A stretch of DNA of 64,000 bases from Psammoneis japonica (Eukaryota), in the NCBI GenBank assembly GCA_008632985.1, contig QPGO01000051.1, positions 363,046-427,045 on the forward strand, written 5' to 3'. This document shows positions 47,901 through 60,072 of this stretch, in pieces (position 1 is the first letter of the stretch; the number at the start of each line of letters is the position of its first letter). Made by a program: the position numbers and the translations under genes. The notes beneath the pieces were generated by a model. It made no database searches, was not told the origin of the DNA, and was given only the letters and a program-made list of their open reading frames with translations.

Positions 47901-50572
47901 ACACTCGACGCACTCGCTTTTTGAAGAATGCTAGATCTGTTGTGCAGGTGCAAGGCGGATTTTCCTTTCGAAATCCCGTCCACTTTATGAGTCTCATCCC
48001 CTCTGAAAGCAATGCTCGTGATGTCATGTACGAGGTGGACGCGTTGCTTCGGCATCTTTTGTACCACAGGTCCGTGTATGTGTCTGTTGGGCATCGTCTG
48101 TAGATCGATACACTTTTCACTCTAACACTCTTGTTCTCAACATTTTCTGCAACACAGCAATACTCCTCCATTCTTATGCACTCGCCTTATTCAGCGGTTT
48201 GGTATATCGAATCCGAGTCCACGATATGTCGCCCAGTGTTCGAAAGCATTTAGAAAGGGAATCTATAACTCTAAAGGACTTGCGTTTGGCACAAAGGAGT
48301 ACGGGGATCTCGCGGCGACGGTTGCGGCAATTCTACTAGACCGCGAAGCTTTCTCCTCTGTGCTCGACGCGGATCCGTCTCACGGATCGATCAGAGAGCC
48401 TCTCTTGAGAGTCATAAGCTTGATGCGTAGCATGAATTTCAAACCGAGACCTCGCGACGGAGTTCCTACTCCATGGGCCATATTCAAGGACATGAACGTA
48501 TTTATTGGCCAGATGGCACACGAAAGTGAATCTGTTTTTAGGTGCGTCTCGACTGTCCATTACATTGTTGTATTTGATCGGCTCCCTTTTCTTCTCCCCT
48601 AATGTCGTTTCTTTTAGCTTCTTCATGAGCGAGTACTCGCCCGATGGGCCTGTTTCCGCTGCTACCCTCGTGGCACCAGAAGGTCGGCTTCTAGACGTAC
48701 GTACCCACCTTCTTTCATTACGTTTCTTCCTTTTGATTTGAATTTGTGCAATTGTGTATATCCTCATGTTCGTCGCTGTTTCTTTCCTTTCTTACAGATG
48801 CCAAAAAACATCAACGTACGTACTTCGGTTTTCATCGTCCTTTTTGTTCGGTTTTTGCTTATCGTTGCTTTTTCCTTTGTCAGGTGATAAATGGATTGCA
48901 TTCTCTCATCAAATATGGGCTTTCGTCGTGTGCCTATGGTTTTGGTTTTGATAGTCAAAAAATCACCGATAGAGCTTGCATCGATGACGGTAAATTTGCA
49001 TTTTCAACCGGCGAGTTGAAGTATCAGTCCCAAAGAAGCACTTCAGAAGGCGTTGTGAACGAGCTTGCTACTTTGCTCACCTCTGGCCGCCTGAGTGCTG
49101 AAAGCCGAAAAGCCATTCTCAGAGAATACGAAAAATCGCTCTTCCAAGTCGATGCCGGTGCTGCGGTTCGCGTCGCCCAGCAACTAATTACCGCCACGCC
49201 CGAGTTCCACACTACAAACACAGTGAAAACGAGTGGAAAGACAAGAGAAATGCTGAAGCTGCCTTCTGCTGCAGACGGACACGAATACAAGGCGGTTGTC
49301 ATGCTCATGTTAGAGGGAGGATGCGACTCTTTTAATATGCTCGTTCCCCATCAATGTCTCCCCCATAATGGGCGAGCCGACGCCTACTCGCGTTACGCGG
49401 CAGCAAGAGGCTCCGCTCGTTTGTCGCGACAGAATCTTCTTCCAATTCCTTCGGGTGGCCATGCCGGCTGCAGTAGCTTCGGACTCCACAAAGAACTACC
49501 AAGCCTGCAGAAGCTCTACAAAGACAAAGAGTTGTTATTCTTTGCCAATGCTGGAATCCTCGGAAAGCCAACTACAAAGGAAACGTTTGAAATAGATACG
49601 CCAACCCAACTCTTTGCTCACAATACACTTCAACGTGAAGTAAGAGTTTTGGATGTGTTCAATAGCGCTTCGGGAACGGGAGTTCTGGGGCGACTTGCCA
49701 ACGCCTTGTCCATTAGTGGAAAATCCGTAGGTTCTATTTCAATTGACACCAGCTCGATCGCTTTGGTTGGCAAGCAGGGAGTTTCAGATGCGCCGATAAC
49801 ATTGTCCCACACCGGCATTAACCGATTCATGCCGATTGGCTCCGCTACGATGACGAAAGCGAGTATGGAACGAGCCATCGGAGACCTGAATAATGCGACG
49901 GAACCTGATAGTGGCATGATGGCCAGTACGTGGTCAACCTCATTGCTACAATCCTTGTTCCAGAACGAGAAACTGTATCAGGCTCTGAAAGCAACCAAGG
50001 TGAGCCACAGTTTCGGAGAATCCGATTTGGGAAAAAAGTTCGAGATCGTCGCGAAGCTGATTAAAACTCGTAAAGTCAGAGGGAGGAATGTGGACGTCTT
50101 TTATCTTGAACACGGTACATCGTGGGACCATCATACTGGATTGAAGGACGGTCTTACAAAGAATTTTGCAGAGTTGGATGCAGCCGTGGGGTCTTTTGTT
50201 GCTGAGTTAAAGAGTCAAGGAGTGTATGACAGCACCACTGTATTCCAAGTAAGCGATTTCGGAAGGACATTGACTGCAAATTCGGGAGGTGGCACTGATC
50301 ACGGATGGGGAGGGAATTATTTCATGTTCGGTGGATCTGTAAAGGGTGGGCGCATCTTGGGAGAGTATCCAAAGGATTTTTCGGAAAACGGACCCCTGAA
50401 TTTGGGTCGCGGTCGCATCTTGCCCACTACTTCGTTTGATCAAATTTGGCCAGCAATTTCCCAATGGTCTGGAGTTGACAAGGACAAACTGTTGAACAGG
50501 GTTTGTCCGAACCGAGGTAGCTTTGAGTCCCACTTCGAGTCGGACAAGCTTTTCAGGACTGGCGGGTCGTAA
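42000..50572 (+). CDS. Giant secreted multi-exon protein: G8-like N-terminus, carbohydrate-binding-like modules, DUF1800 and DUF1501 domains
   Basis: Signal peptide. DUF1800 motifs QDQLRQRMAWALSQI, DENFAREIMQLFSTGL and GSIREPLLRV. DUF1501 motifs LEGGCDSFNMLVP, LFAHN, WDHH and SDFGRTLTANSGGGTDHGWGG. Consecutive same-strand ORFs are separated by GT..AG intron-sized gaps. The first two introns were checked in frame; the rest are assumed. Confidence 0.85.
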
Positions 50573-53009
50573 CTTAACATGTAGAGATTGACAAAAGCAA
50601 GTGCATTGCGAATGTTTTGAAATTCTACCAAAATGATAGGAACGCAGTGCTAAAGGTTAGTTGAGGTTAAATTGTGCATTGAACGTCTTCTCTTGACCCA
50701 GAGGCTTCTCCGTTCTTGAGTGACACTGCATCATTTTGCTTTCCTCAGGCAAAGCCATCACCATCATGCACTCATGTAAAAACAATGAAGCAAAGGAACA
50801 TCAGCCTTTTCTGCTGGGGACAAACACCAAGAATGACATGGCTGCCATCCCCTTCCTCCCTCAAGCAATCCCTGTAAAGGGCGCCACACCAAATCCATGT
50901 CGAGCTTCAAAGCACCTCTTCAAGGCCAATCTTGCCACATTGTGGCAACAATGGGTGATGAAGACACTCTGCTGGCAGCGATCCATCAAGGAGCATGTCT
51001 GGGTGTGGCACCATGCCTCAACACACTGGACAACTGCAGCTGGACTTGCAGAGCCTGGGGGTGGTGGTGGCGAAAATGCACTGTTGTCAGCAACTTGGCA
51101 AGGGAACAGCCTGCTCCTCATTTTGGCTTGCCACCAAAGGCACCTGGGCATCAATGCACGCCACATTGCTTGGACATGCTGCGGCAATGCTGGGTGGACT
51201 CCATGACAGCTGATGCTGCCACCAAATGAATGAAACCCAAGTGGGGGGGGCATGTGTGCAGCGCACACCCTTCAAGTTCATGCACCTGCTGCTGTTGCAA
51301 CAGCTGCTGCATCCCAAGACAGCATGCCTTCATGTGCAGGTCAATTCTTTGGCTTTGCATCAAAAACAATTTCTGCGGTCACCGCTGCTGACTCGTTGCC
51401 CGCTGTGATTGTGCCTTCTCAGGGTGCACTCAAATTGTGGTTTGTTCATGGCACTGGGCAGTGGTCAAATTGCCACTTCAGAGCCAGCGCTTTCTTTTTT
51501 GTCAAAAAGGTGACTCGAATTTCTGTCCCATTTGCCGCGTGACAACACATGGGGCCAAAGCAATTTTGGGGCCCTGCCCTTGGGCTTTTTGAGAATGAGC
51601 CACATGAATGAGCTGACAAACTCAAGGGAAAGCATGCCAGTGTTGATGTTTCCATTCTTCTGAACAAATGCAACAGCAAAAAAAGGGTTGGGGTTGGGGT
51701 TGGGGCAAGGGAAAAGGAAATGGGAAAAGCAAATGGGGCAGGGAGAGGGAGAGGAAAAGGGAGAGCAAAATGGAGAGGAAGGTGTGAGGGCTGAGGCTGG
51801 GGCTGACGTGACCAGGGTTTGAGCTGCGATTTGGGCTCAGGCGTTGGGTGACCAGGGCTTGGGCTGTGATTTGAGCTGGCATGTTGGGGCTGGCATCAAA
51901 ATGACTGGCACACGCTGTCCCTGATGTCAGCCTGTGTGGCAAGTCAGGTGAGGTGTTTGTTGTCTGTGATTGAGGGTGAAATGTTTGCTCAGCTTGCTGG
52001 GTCTGTCAGTTTTGCAGCTGGAGCTGGGGGTGCTTTGTCTGTGTGGAAAGCTTGCTCAGCTTGTGTTTTGGCAGTTGAGCTGAGGTGTTTGTTGGCTGTC
52101 ATCTGGAAAATGTCATTGCTCTTGTTCAGAGCCCAATCTTTCTTGTCAAGAGTCCCACCCTCTTGACAAGGGTTCATCAATGCTGCAAAATGCATTTTGA
52201 CAATTGTTTCAACATGCCAAGCAGGGCTTGACACTCAAAACAAACCAGCCTCATTGTGGGTGCAATCTTGACAACAAGTCACTTCCACCAATTTTGTCTC
52301 ATTTTGACAATCAAAGCAACCCACCAGGTGGGAAATGACACTCAATGAAGCCCATTTTTTCACTTTTTCTTTCTTGTTCAGTGTCAATTTGCTGCAATTT
52401 TCTCACATTGTTCGCAACACTGCAATGATGCTCGTTTGCACTGACAATGACTTTGCAATGCTGTGTCTGTTCTTCCATTTTGGCTTGATCTGTGTCGGCT
52501 CTAAAATCTAATTTCTGCACCCAAAGGGGCTCCTTTGTTTCCTGTCCCTTGTTCACATTTTTTCTCTCTCCCATTCCAAGTTCCCTCTTGTCCTCCACAG
52601 CCACCACTCCCTTTTGTCCCGCCCTTGGTTGCTCCTTTGCAATTGTTTTCTCTCCATTGCTCAGTTTGGTTTTGCCCATTTGGGGATTCCCCAAAATTGC
52701 AAGGTCAAGGGGGAATCACCTTGCCCTTTTGGGGAATTCCCAGGAAATGAGGGTAATTTGGCGGGAAGGAATGACCAAAAGGGCTCAGGGGAGGGGAACA
52801 AAAAACGAATGGAATGCAGTGATGTGCGTCAATTACAGACAGGCGGGTGTGCTTTCATCCTCATGGCGACCGGCGCCCAGCATGGTGTGCGGAAAAAACG
52901 ATGCACGGCCATGACGGATGCATCAACAAATCAACACAAAGCGGCCCCTTGTGGCAGAGGAAGGGAAGAACTGACTTCACCATTGAATCATGCATGTCAA
53001 CATTGCTCA

Positions 53010-53420
53010 CATGTGGCTCTGCTTTTGCCTCAGCCTTTGCTCTAGAGCCATTGCAGTTTGCATTTGTGACCACACGACACAAGAAGAAAAAAATGACACA
53101 CTGCATTCTGCACATGAGATGGGTCAAAGGGAAGAACGAACATCATCAATCAATCCACCACATTTTTCATTGACCTTGCAAGGCTCTGCTTTTGCCTCAG
53201 CCTTCGCTCCAGATGCCTCATGGTTTGCATTTGTGGCTGCATGACAACAGAGTGATTCCAAACGATCCGCTTCATTCTGCACACAAGATGTGTCAATTGA
53301 AACAAAAACCATGACCATTCAATCCTCCACATTTTTGTCAGCTGTGCACGGTTCCACTTTTGCCTTGAACTTTGCCACAAACGCCGCATGGCTTGCATTT
53401 GTGACCGCAGGAAAGAAAAA
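53010..53420 (+). repeat. Degenerate tandem repeat with a period of about 168 bp
   Basis: GGCTCTGCTTTTGCCTCAGCCTT...TTTGCATTTGTG at about 53015 and 53182, with a diverged copy at about 53350. Confidence 0.7.
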
Positions 53421-53812
53421 CAAGCACAACGATCAACGCACTGGTTTTCTGCTCAACATCATCTGTCACACTTCCACTCATTTTTCATTTTACACTGTGG
53501 ATCGTAATCTCATTCACTGGATTGACTGGCGTCATTTTTGTTTGACAAGAGCCATCACAAATGGGGCGCAAATGCTCCATGGCGTGTTGCCCATTTTTGG
53601 CTGCGGTCGTTGGTCGATGGTTGATTGTTGTGCATCTGGTGTGTGGCTCCACACATGTCGGCATGCGGAATGCGTGGAAATGTGTGAGATGGGAAGCACG
53701 GGGAATTGATGTGTCATTTTTTGTTCATGCATTGAGTGCGTGTGTGACAAACGGCAATTCGTGGCGATTCCCCGGAAGCTCACCCTTCCCGTGGAAAAAC
53801 AGGGTAAAAGGT

Positions 53813-54202
53813 GACATGCTCCAGGTCCAGGTGGGACCTCGCACCACTGAACTGTGACATCGACAGTTTTTTGAATCACATCGCATGTCGCGCACGTAGA
53901 TTTCCACGTGATTTTTTTGATGTTTTGTGTCATTTTACGGTGCACTCATTTGGCGATCCGTCCAACAACTTTTGACATTTTTTGTCACAGCGCAATTCTA
54001 CAATGTCTCAAGAATTGCGTGGGGCAGGTGCATTTGCAAAAACGTCGAGTGGCAAGAGGCACAATTGTGCCACAAACTTGGCCGTTTGTTTGATGTTGAA
54101 GACAAATGTGTCCATTGATTGAATTCTCGCACTGCAGAGCTCGCACGTGGAATTCTACGAGCCCAATGTCACACGGAGTCCTGCCTGTGGATGGAAGGTG
54201 TC
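53813..54202 (+). mobile_element. 390-bp MITE; TSD AGGT
   Basis: Left end GACATGCTCCAGGTCCAGGTGGGAC, right end GTCCTGCCTGTGGATGGAAGGTGTC. AGGT at 53809-53812 and 54203-54206. Colinear with 55071-55460. Confidence 0.88.
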
Positions 54203-54359
54203 AGGTGGCAATCCCAGGGAATTTTGAGAAATCACATGGCAAAACCAAACTGAGCTCCATTGGGTGCATCCAGAAGTGTTTCATTTTGGCCATGACCCCA
54301 CTTTTGCACACTCCCCTGTTCTCATCCACCATGCAGGCTGACACCTGAGAAGACAGAAC

Positions 54360-54942
54360 GGGTCTCCGTTTTTCTGGATTTCCGGGTTTCCATTTTTCAG
54401 GAATTTTGGGTTTCCGTTTTTCCGGATTTCCAGGTTTCCATGTTTCCGGGTTTCCGGATTTCCAGATTTCCGGGTTTCTGCATTTCCGGATTCTGGGTTT
54501 CCGTTTTTCCGGATTTCCAGCTTTCCGGGTTTCCGTTTTTCAGGATTTCTGGGTCTCCATTTGTTGGGATTTCTTGGTTTCCATTTTTGCAGATTTCCAG
54601 ATTTCTGGGTTTCTGGATTTCCGGGTTCCCGGGTTTCCGCATTTCCGGGTTTCTGCATTTCCGGATTTCCGGGTTTCCATTTTTCCGGATTTCCAGATTT
54701 CTGTTTTTCTGGGTTTCCGCATTTCTGGATTTCTGGGTTTCCATTTTTCTGGATTTCCGGATTTCCAGGCATCCGTTTTTCCAGATTTCCGGTTTTCCGT
54801 TTTTCCGGATTTCCATTTTTTGGGTTTTCTGGGTTTCCGTTTTTCAAGATTTCCAGATTTCTGGGTTTCCGCATTTCCGGATTTCTGGGTTTCCATTTTT
54901 CCAGATTTCTGGGTTTCCATTTTTCTGGATTTCCAGGTTTCC
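54360..54942 (+). repeat. 9-bp minisatellite (TTTCCGGAT / TTTCTGGGT / TTTCCGTTT variants)
   Basis: Continuous 9-bp periodicity that produces the repetitive NPEKRK / FPDFRV pseudo-ORFs. Confidence 0.9.
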
Positions 54943-55070
54943 AACCAAAGGGCGCATGGTGTTTGTTGCTGTCTGGTGTCAGTGCATGCACAGGCGGGGT
55001 TGTGTCTCATCTTTTGTTGCTCATGTGCAAACCATGCAAGCAATTCCGCTTTTCTGCAACACCAGGAGCA

Positions 55071-55460
55071 GACTTGCTCCAGGTCCAGGTGGGACCCAAA
55101 GCTGCTGAGCTGTGACATCGACAGTTTTTTGAACAATGTTGTGTGTTGCGCACGTTGATTTCTGCATGACTTTGGCAACATTTTGTGTCATTTTGCGGTG
55201 CACTCATTGAGCAATCCATCCAACAACTTTTGTCATTTTTTGTCACAGTGCGACTCTGCAATGTCTTGAGAATCATGCAGGGCAGGCGCGTTTGCAAAAA
55301 CGTCAAGTGGCAAGAGGCACAATTGCACCACAAACTTGGCCATTCAATTGATGTTGAAGACAAATGTGTCCATTGATTAAATTCTTGCACTGCGAAGCTT
55401 GCGCGCAGAGTTCTGTGGGCCCAATGTCACACGGAGTCCTGCCCAGGGCTGGAGTGCATC
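55071..55460 (+). mobile_element. 390-bp MITE; TSD AGCA
   Basis: Left end GACTTGCTCCAGGTCCAGGTGGGAC, right end GTCCTGCCCAGGGCTGGAGTGCATC. AGCA at 55067-55070 and 55461-55464. Confidence 0.88.
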
Positions 55461-55464
55461 AGCA

Positions 55465-56030
55465 ATGTGTGTGGACCAGCTTTTGTTGGCATGGCCAAGC
55501 ATCTTGTGCACATCTCTTTTTTCCAGAGATGTCTTGCCACCTGCAATTGAACACACCTGGCATTGCCAGCAGGTGGCATTCCCCCATGTTTGCCACCTTT
55601 TTTCCTGTTGGAGCAACACTCTTTGATTGTGTCTCAGTTGCTCATTGACACGCGAAAGTTGAGGAAGACCGCCTCAACATGAATGGCTGCGTTGCAAGAA
55701 TCTTTGCTGCAATTTGGCCTCACAAAGTTGCCCCAAAGTGTGCGCTTGATTGACGCAAATGTTTTCAACATTTGTCATGCTCTTTCCAACTGCAGAGACA
55801 CCCATCATTCCAAGTGACTCAAGGCCAGTCACTTGATGAATGTGGCTTGATGCAGCCATGGGAGCGATGTTTTTCTGCCACTCAGTGGCAACAAAGCCAA
55901 TTCTGACACACCCAATCCTCCTGCAAGGCATGCGCATGGGCCAAGCAGCACAATGGGAAAATGAGAGAAAGCAGCGAGTTGGCAGAAAAAACAGCAGAAG
56001 CTGTTGTTGAGGGGATGCCCATCAATGGAC
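55465..56030 (-). pseudogene. Possible relic of the C-terminal part of a non-LTR retrotransposon ORF
   Basis: RIGCVRIGFVATEWQ resembles the IGW...GFIATEWQ segment recalled from diatom non-LTR elements. Heavily decayed. Confidence 0.4.
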
Positions 56031-57284
56031 CCACCCGCCCTTTGTGATTTTGCACCCTTTGCTGCCATTTTGCACCCTTGGCCATTTTGCACCCTTTGTG
56101 ATTTTGCGCCCTTGGCCACTTTGTGCCCTTTGTGATTTTGCGCCCTTTGACGCCATTTTGCACCCTTTGTGTTTTTGCGCCCTCGGCCATTTTGCACCCT
56201 TTGTGATTTTGCATCCTTTGTGATTTTGCGCCATTTTCCACCATTTTGCACCCTTTGTGATTTTGAGCCCTTTGTGGTTTTGCACCCTTTGCCGTTTTGC
56301 GCCCTTTGTGATTTTGCGCCCTTGTCCATTTTGCACCCTTTGTGACTTTGCACCCTTTGCCGCCATTTTGCACCCTTGTCCATTTTGCACCCTTTGTGAT
56401 TTTGCGCCCTTGCCCATTTTGGGCCCTTTGTGATTTTGCACCCTTTGCCGCCATTTTGCACCCTTTGTGATTTTCAGCCCTTTGTGATTTTGTGCCCTTT
56501 GCCATTTTGCACCCTTTGTGATTTTACACCCTTTGTGATTTTGAGCCCTTGTCCATTTTGCACCCTTTGCCACCATTTTGCACACTTGGCCATTTTGCGC
56601 CCTTTGTGATTTTGCACCATTTGCTGCCATTTGGTGCCCTTTGTGATTTTGCACCCTTGGCCATTTTGCGCCCTTTGTGATTTTGCCCCCTTTGCAATTT
56701 TGCACGCTTCGTGATCTTGTGCCCTTGTCCGTTTTGCACCCTTTGTGATTTTGCACCCTTTGCCGCCATTTTGCACCCTTGGCCATTTTGCGCCCTTTGT
56801 GATTTTGCATGCTTTGCCGCCATTTTGCACCCTTTGTGATTTTGCGCCCTTTGCCATTTTGCGCCCTTTGTGATTTTGCACCCTTCGTGATTTTGTGCCC
56901 TTGTCCGTTTTGCACCCTTGTGATTTTGCACCCTTTGCCGCCCATTTGCACCCTTGGCCATTTTGCACCCTTTGTGATTTTGCACCCTTTGTGATTTTGA
57001 GCCCTTGTCCATTTTGCACCCTTTGCCGCCATTTTGCACACTTGGCCATTTTCTGCCCTTTGTGATTTTGCACCACTTGCTGCCATTTTGCGCCCTTTGT
57101 GATTTTGCACCCTTGGCCATTTTGCGCCCTTTGTGATTTTGCCCCCTTTGTGATTTTGCACCCTTTGTGTGCAACACACAGCTGCTGACAAGAGTTGATG
57201 TGTCACGGCGATGTGTTGCAGCCTTCAAATGTCACAAAGGGCATGACAAAAAACAACCTTTTGTCTGCATGCATGCTGCATTGT

Positions 57285-57355
57285 GAATTCACAGCGGAGT
57301 GGTTCATCGCAACCATCAGGCAGGAGGCCAGGGGTTCGAAACCCTGAGTGGGAGT
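57285..57355 (+). ncRNA. tRNA-like Pol III promoter relic inside the TRIM
   Basis: A-box-like CAGCGGAGTGG (TAGCGGAGTGG if TA is restored) and B-box/T-arm CAGGGGTTCGAAACCCTG about 40 bp downstream. No clean cloverleaf. Confidence 0.5.
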
Positions 57356-57440
57356 TGTCTGCAGCAACGTTGATCACTGTCGAACGCACAAAACTCTGTG
57401 CAGTTCTGTGTGTTCCTTCGCACGCACCCACACTGTTCCG

Positions 57441-57836
57441 GACGGGTTCCAGTCCCAGGTGGGACTTTTTGTGACATTGGGCCCGTGGAATTCTGCGCGC
57501 GAGCTCCGCAGCAAAATCATCAAGCAATGGACACATGAATGATCGCCAACAGAAAAAGAGGCAATTTTGCGAACGTGTCTCCTCCTCCACACTTGAAGTG
57601 CATTCTTTGCAGCATGCCCGGGTGCACTCTTCAGACATTAAAGAACACACCCAGTGCATTTTTGTTGACACAAGTGCAGACAACAGAAAGCCTTTGGCTT
57701 CGCAAAACAGGCAGTGTGGAGCAATTTTTTACAATGGAACACGTAGAAATGCATGTGCAAAACATGCGGCGGATGACAAAAAACAATCATGTCACAGTTC
57801 AGCAGCACGAGGTCCCACCTAGAGCTGGAACACGTC
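57441..57836 (-). mobile_element. 396-bp MITE nested in the TRIM; TSD TCCG
   Basis: TIRs GACGGGTTCCAGTCCCAGGTGGGAC and GTCCCACCTAGAGCTGGAACACGTC. TCCG at 57437-57440 and 57837-57840. Confidence 0.92.
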
Positions 57837-59104
57837 TCCGCCAAAACTGTGCAGTGTCAGCACACGTTGGCAAAGAGCCGTGTGGACGCGCGACACATGG
57901 GGAGGAGTGCAACACACAGCTGCTGGCGAGAGTTGATGCATCACGGCAACGTGTTGCAGCCTTCAAATGTCACAAAGGGCATGACAAAAATGACCTTTTG
58001 TCTGCATGCATGCTGCATGTGATCTTGTGCCCTTGTCCGTTTTGCACCCTTTGTGATTTTGCACCCTTTGCCGCCATTTTGCACACTTGGCCATTTTGCG
58101 CCCCATGTGATTTTGCACCCTTTGCTGCCACTTGGCACCCTTTGTGATTTTGCACCCTTGGCCATTTTGCACCCTTTGTGATTTTGCGCCCTTTGACGCC
58201 ATTTTGCACCCTTTGTGTTTTTGCGCCCTCGGCCATTTTGCACCCTTTGTGACTTTGCATCCTTTGTGATTTTGCGCCATTTTCCACCATTTTGCACCCT
58301 TTGTGATTTTGAGCCCTTTGTGGTTTTGCACCCTTTGCCGTTTTGCGCCCTTTGTGATTTTGCGCCCTTGCCCACATTGCACCCTTTGTGACTTTGCACC
58401 CTTTGCCGCCATTTTGCACCCTTGTCCATTTTGCACCCTTTGTGGTTTTGTGCCCTTTGCGATTTTGCACCCTTTGTGATTTTGCGCCCTTTGTGATTTT
58501 GCACCCTTGGCCATTTTGCGCCCTTTGTGATTTTGCACCCTTTGTGATTTTGTGCCCTTGGCAATTTTGTGCCCTTTGTGATTTTGCACCCTTTGCCGCC
58601 ATTTTGCACCCTTTGTGATTTTGCGCCCTTGACCATTTTGTGCGCTTTGTGATTTTGCACCATTTGCCACCATTTTGCGCCCTTTGTGATTTTGAGCCCT
58701 TTTTGATTTTGCGCCTTTTGCCATTTTGCGCCCTTTGTGATTTTGCACCCTTTGTGATTTTGAGCCCTTGTCCATTTTGCACCCTTTGTGATTTTGCACC
58801 CTTTGCCACCATTTTGCACACTTGGCCATTTTGCACCCTTTGTGCACCCTTTGTGATTTTGCACCCTTTGTGATTTTGCACCCTTGGCCATTTTGTGCCC
58901 TTTGTGATTTTGCGCCCTTTGACGCCATTTTGCACCCTTTGTGATTTTGTGCCCTTGGCCATTTTGCACCCTTTGTGATTTTGCATCCTTTGTGATTTTG
59001 CGCCCTTGCCCACATTGCAGCCTTTGTGACTTTGCGCCCTTTGCCGCCATTTTGCGCCCTTTGTGATTTTGCACCCTTTGTGATTTTGCACCCTTTGCCA
59101 TTTT

Positions 59105-59364
59105 GGCCTGTTCCAGCTCCAGGTGCTCCGCGCGGGTTCGATTCCCATCATTTGGAAATTTGTGCATTTGGCACAATTGACTTTTTCCAGGTCGGTTTTT
59201 TGCCAAATCGAGGGGCAAGTGTGCACTTTGCATGTGTTTTCGGGTGTGCACTCACCTTTTGATTTTCAAAACAATCAAAATTGAAGGAGCCAATTGCGCT
59301 AAACTGCACAGAAAATCGGCCTCTCGCGTGATGAAAAGCAGATCACCTGGAGCTGGAAAAGGCC
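59105..59364. mobile_element. 260-bp MITE in the satellite; TSD TTTT
   Basis: 21-bp TIR GGCCTGTTCCAGCTCCAGGTG / CACCTGGAGCTGGAAAAGGCC with one mismatch. TTTT on both sides; removal restores GCCATTTTGCACCC. Confidence 0.9.
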
Positions 59365-59517
59365 TTTTGCACCCTTTGTGATTGTGCACCCTTGCCCACA
59401 TTGCACCCTTTGTGACTTTGCACCCTTTGCCGCCATTTTGCACCTTTGGCCATTTTGCGCCCTTTGTGATTTTGCGCCCTCTGTGATTTTGCACCTTTTG
59501 CCGCCATTTTGCGCCCT

Positions 59518-60072
59518 GACGTGTTCCAGCCCCAGGTGACGCACAAAACGACAATCGGATTTTGAACACAATTTGTGTGTGTTTTAGTGCACAAAGCATT
59601 TCAACAAAAACACTTGGACGGATTGACTTTCACAAGCTTCTGGAGTGTGAGCATTTAAATGGTTTTTTGCAGGGCATTCAAATCCTCATGGGATGTGCAT
59701 CATGAACTTCCTCAGCAGACTCAATGCTGATTGCACGTCAGCAGATTTGTGCTGAGATTTTTTTGCAGGCAGAAAACCCACCAAGTGGCATCGCAGAAAG
59801 ACATGTTCAGGTGACATCCAAACAACGGCAGTGTTTTCGCCGAAAATCATCCGTTGTGTTGCGAATCTTTTAGTGCAATGAAAAACACAGACAGCACAGT
59901 GACAATGACATTGCAACACTCACACGAGTCTTGTCAGTGTTGCAAAACATGCACATTTGTGCAAATCCATGCTTTTGGTGGTGAAAGTTCGATCGCAAGT
60001 TGGGGACCGCGCAAAAATCGCGCAAATGTTGTTTTTGTGCACGATTTGGTTCACGCGCGGCTGGAACACGTC
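59518..60072. mobile_element. 555-bp MITE in the satellite; TSD CCCT
   Basis: TIR GACGTGTTCCAGCC / GGCTGGAACACGTC. CCCT at 59514-59517 and 60073-60076. Confidence 0.9.

Larger units (their letters stand above)
57170..58017 (+). mobile_element. Miniature non-autonomous LTR retrotransposon (TRIM-like); LTRs 57170-57280 and 57908-58017; TSD TGTG
   Basis: Two direct repeats of about 110 bp, each starting TG and ending CA. Polypurine tract GGGGAGGAG at 57899-57907 abuts the 3' LTR. TGTG at 57166-57169 and 58018-58021; removing the element restores the satellite unit. Confidence 0.85.

Noticed and set aside
51684..51705. GGGTTGGGGTTGGGGTTGGGG as an interstitial telomere
   Set aside because: Only about three units, within a G-rich stretch that reads as a Pro-rich coding relic on the minus strand.
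57285..57355. Functional tRNA gene
   Set aside because: The acceptor and anticodon stems do not form properly and it lies inside a TRIM, so it is reported only as a tRNA-like relic.
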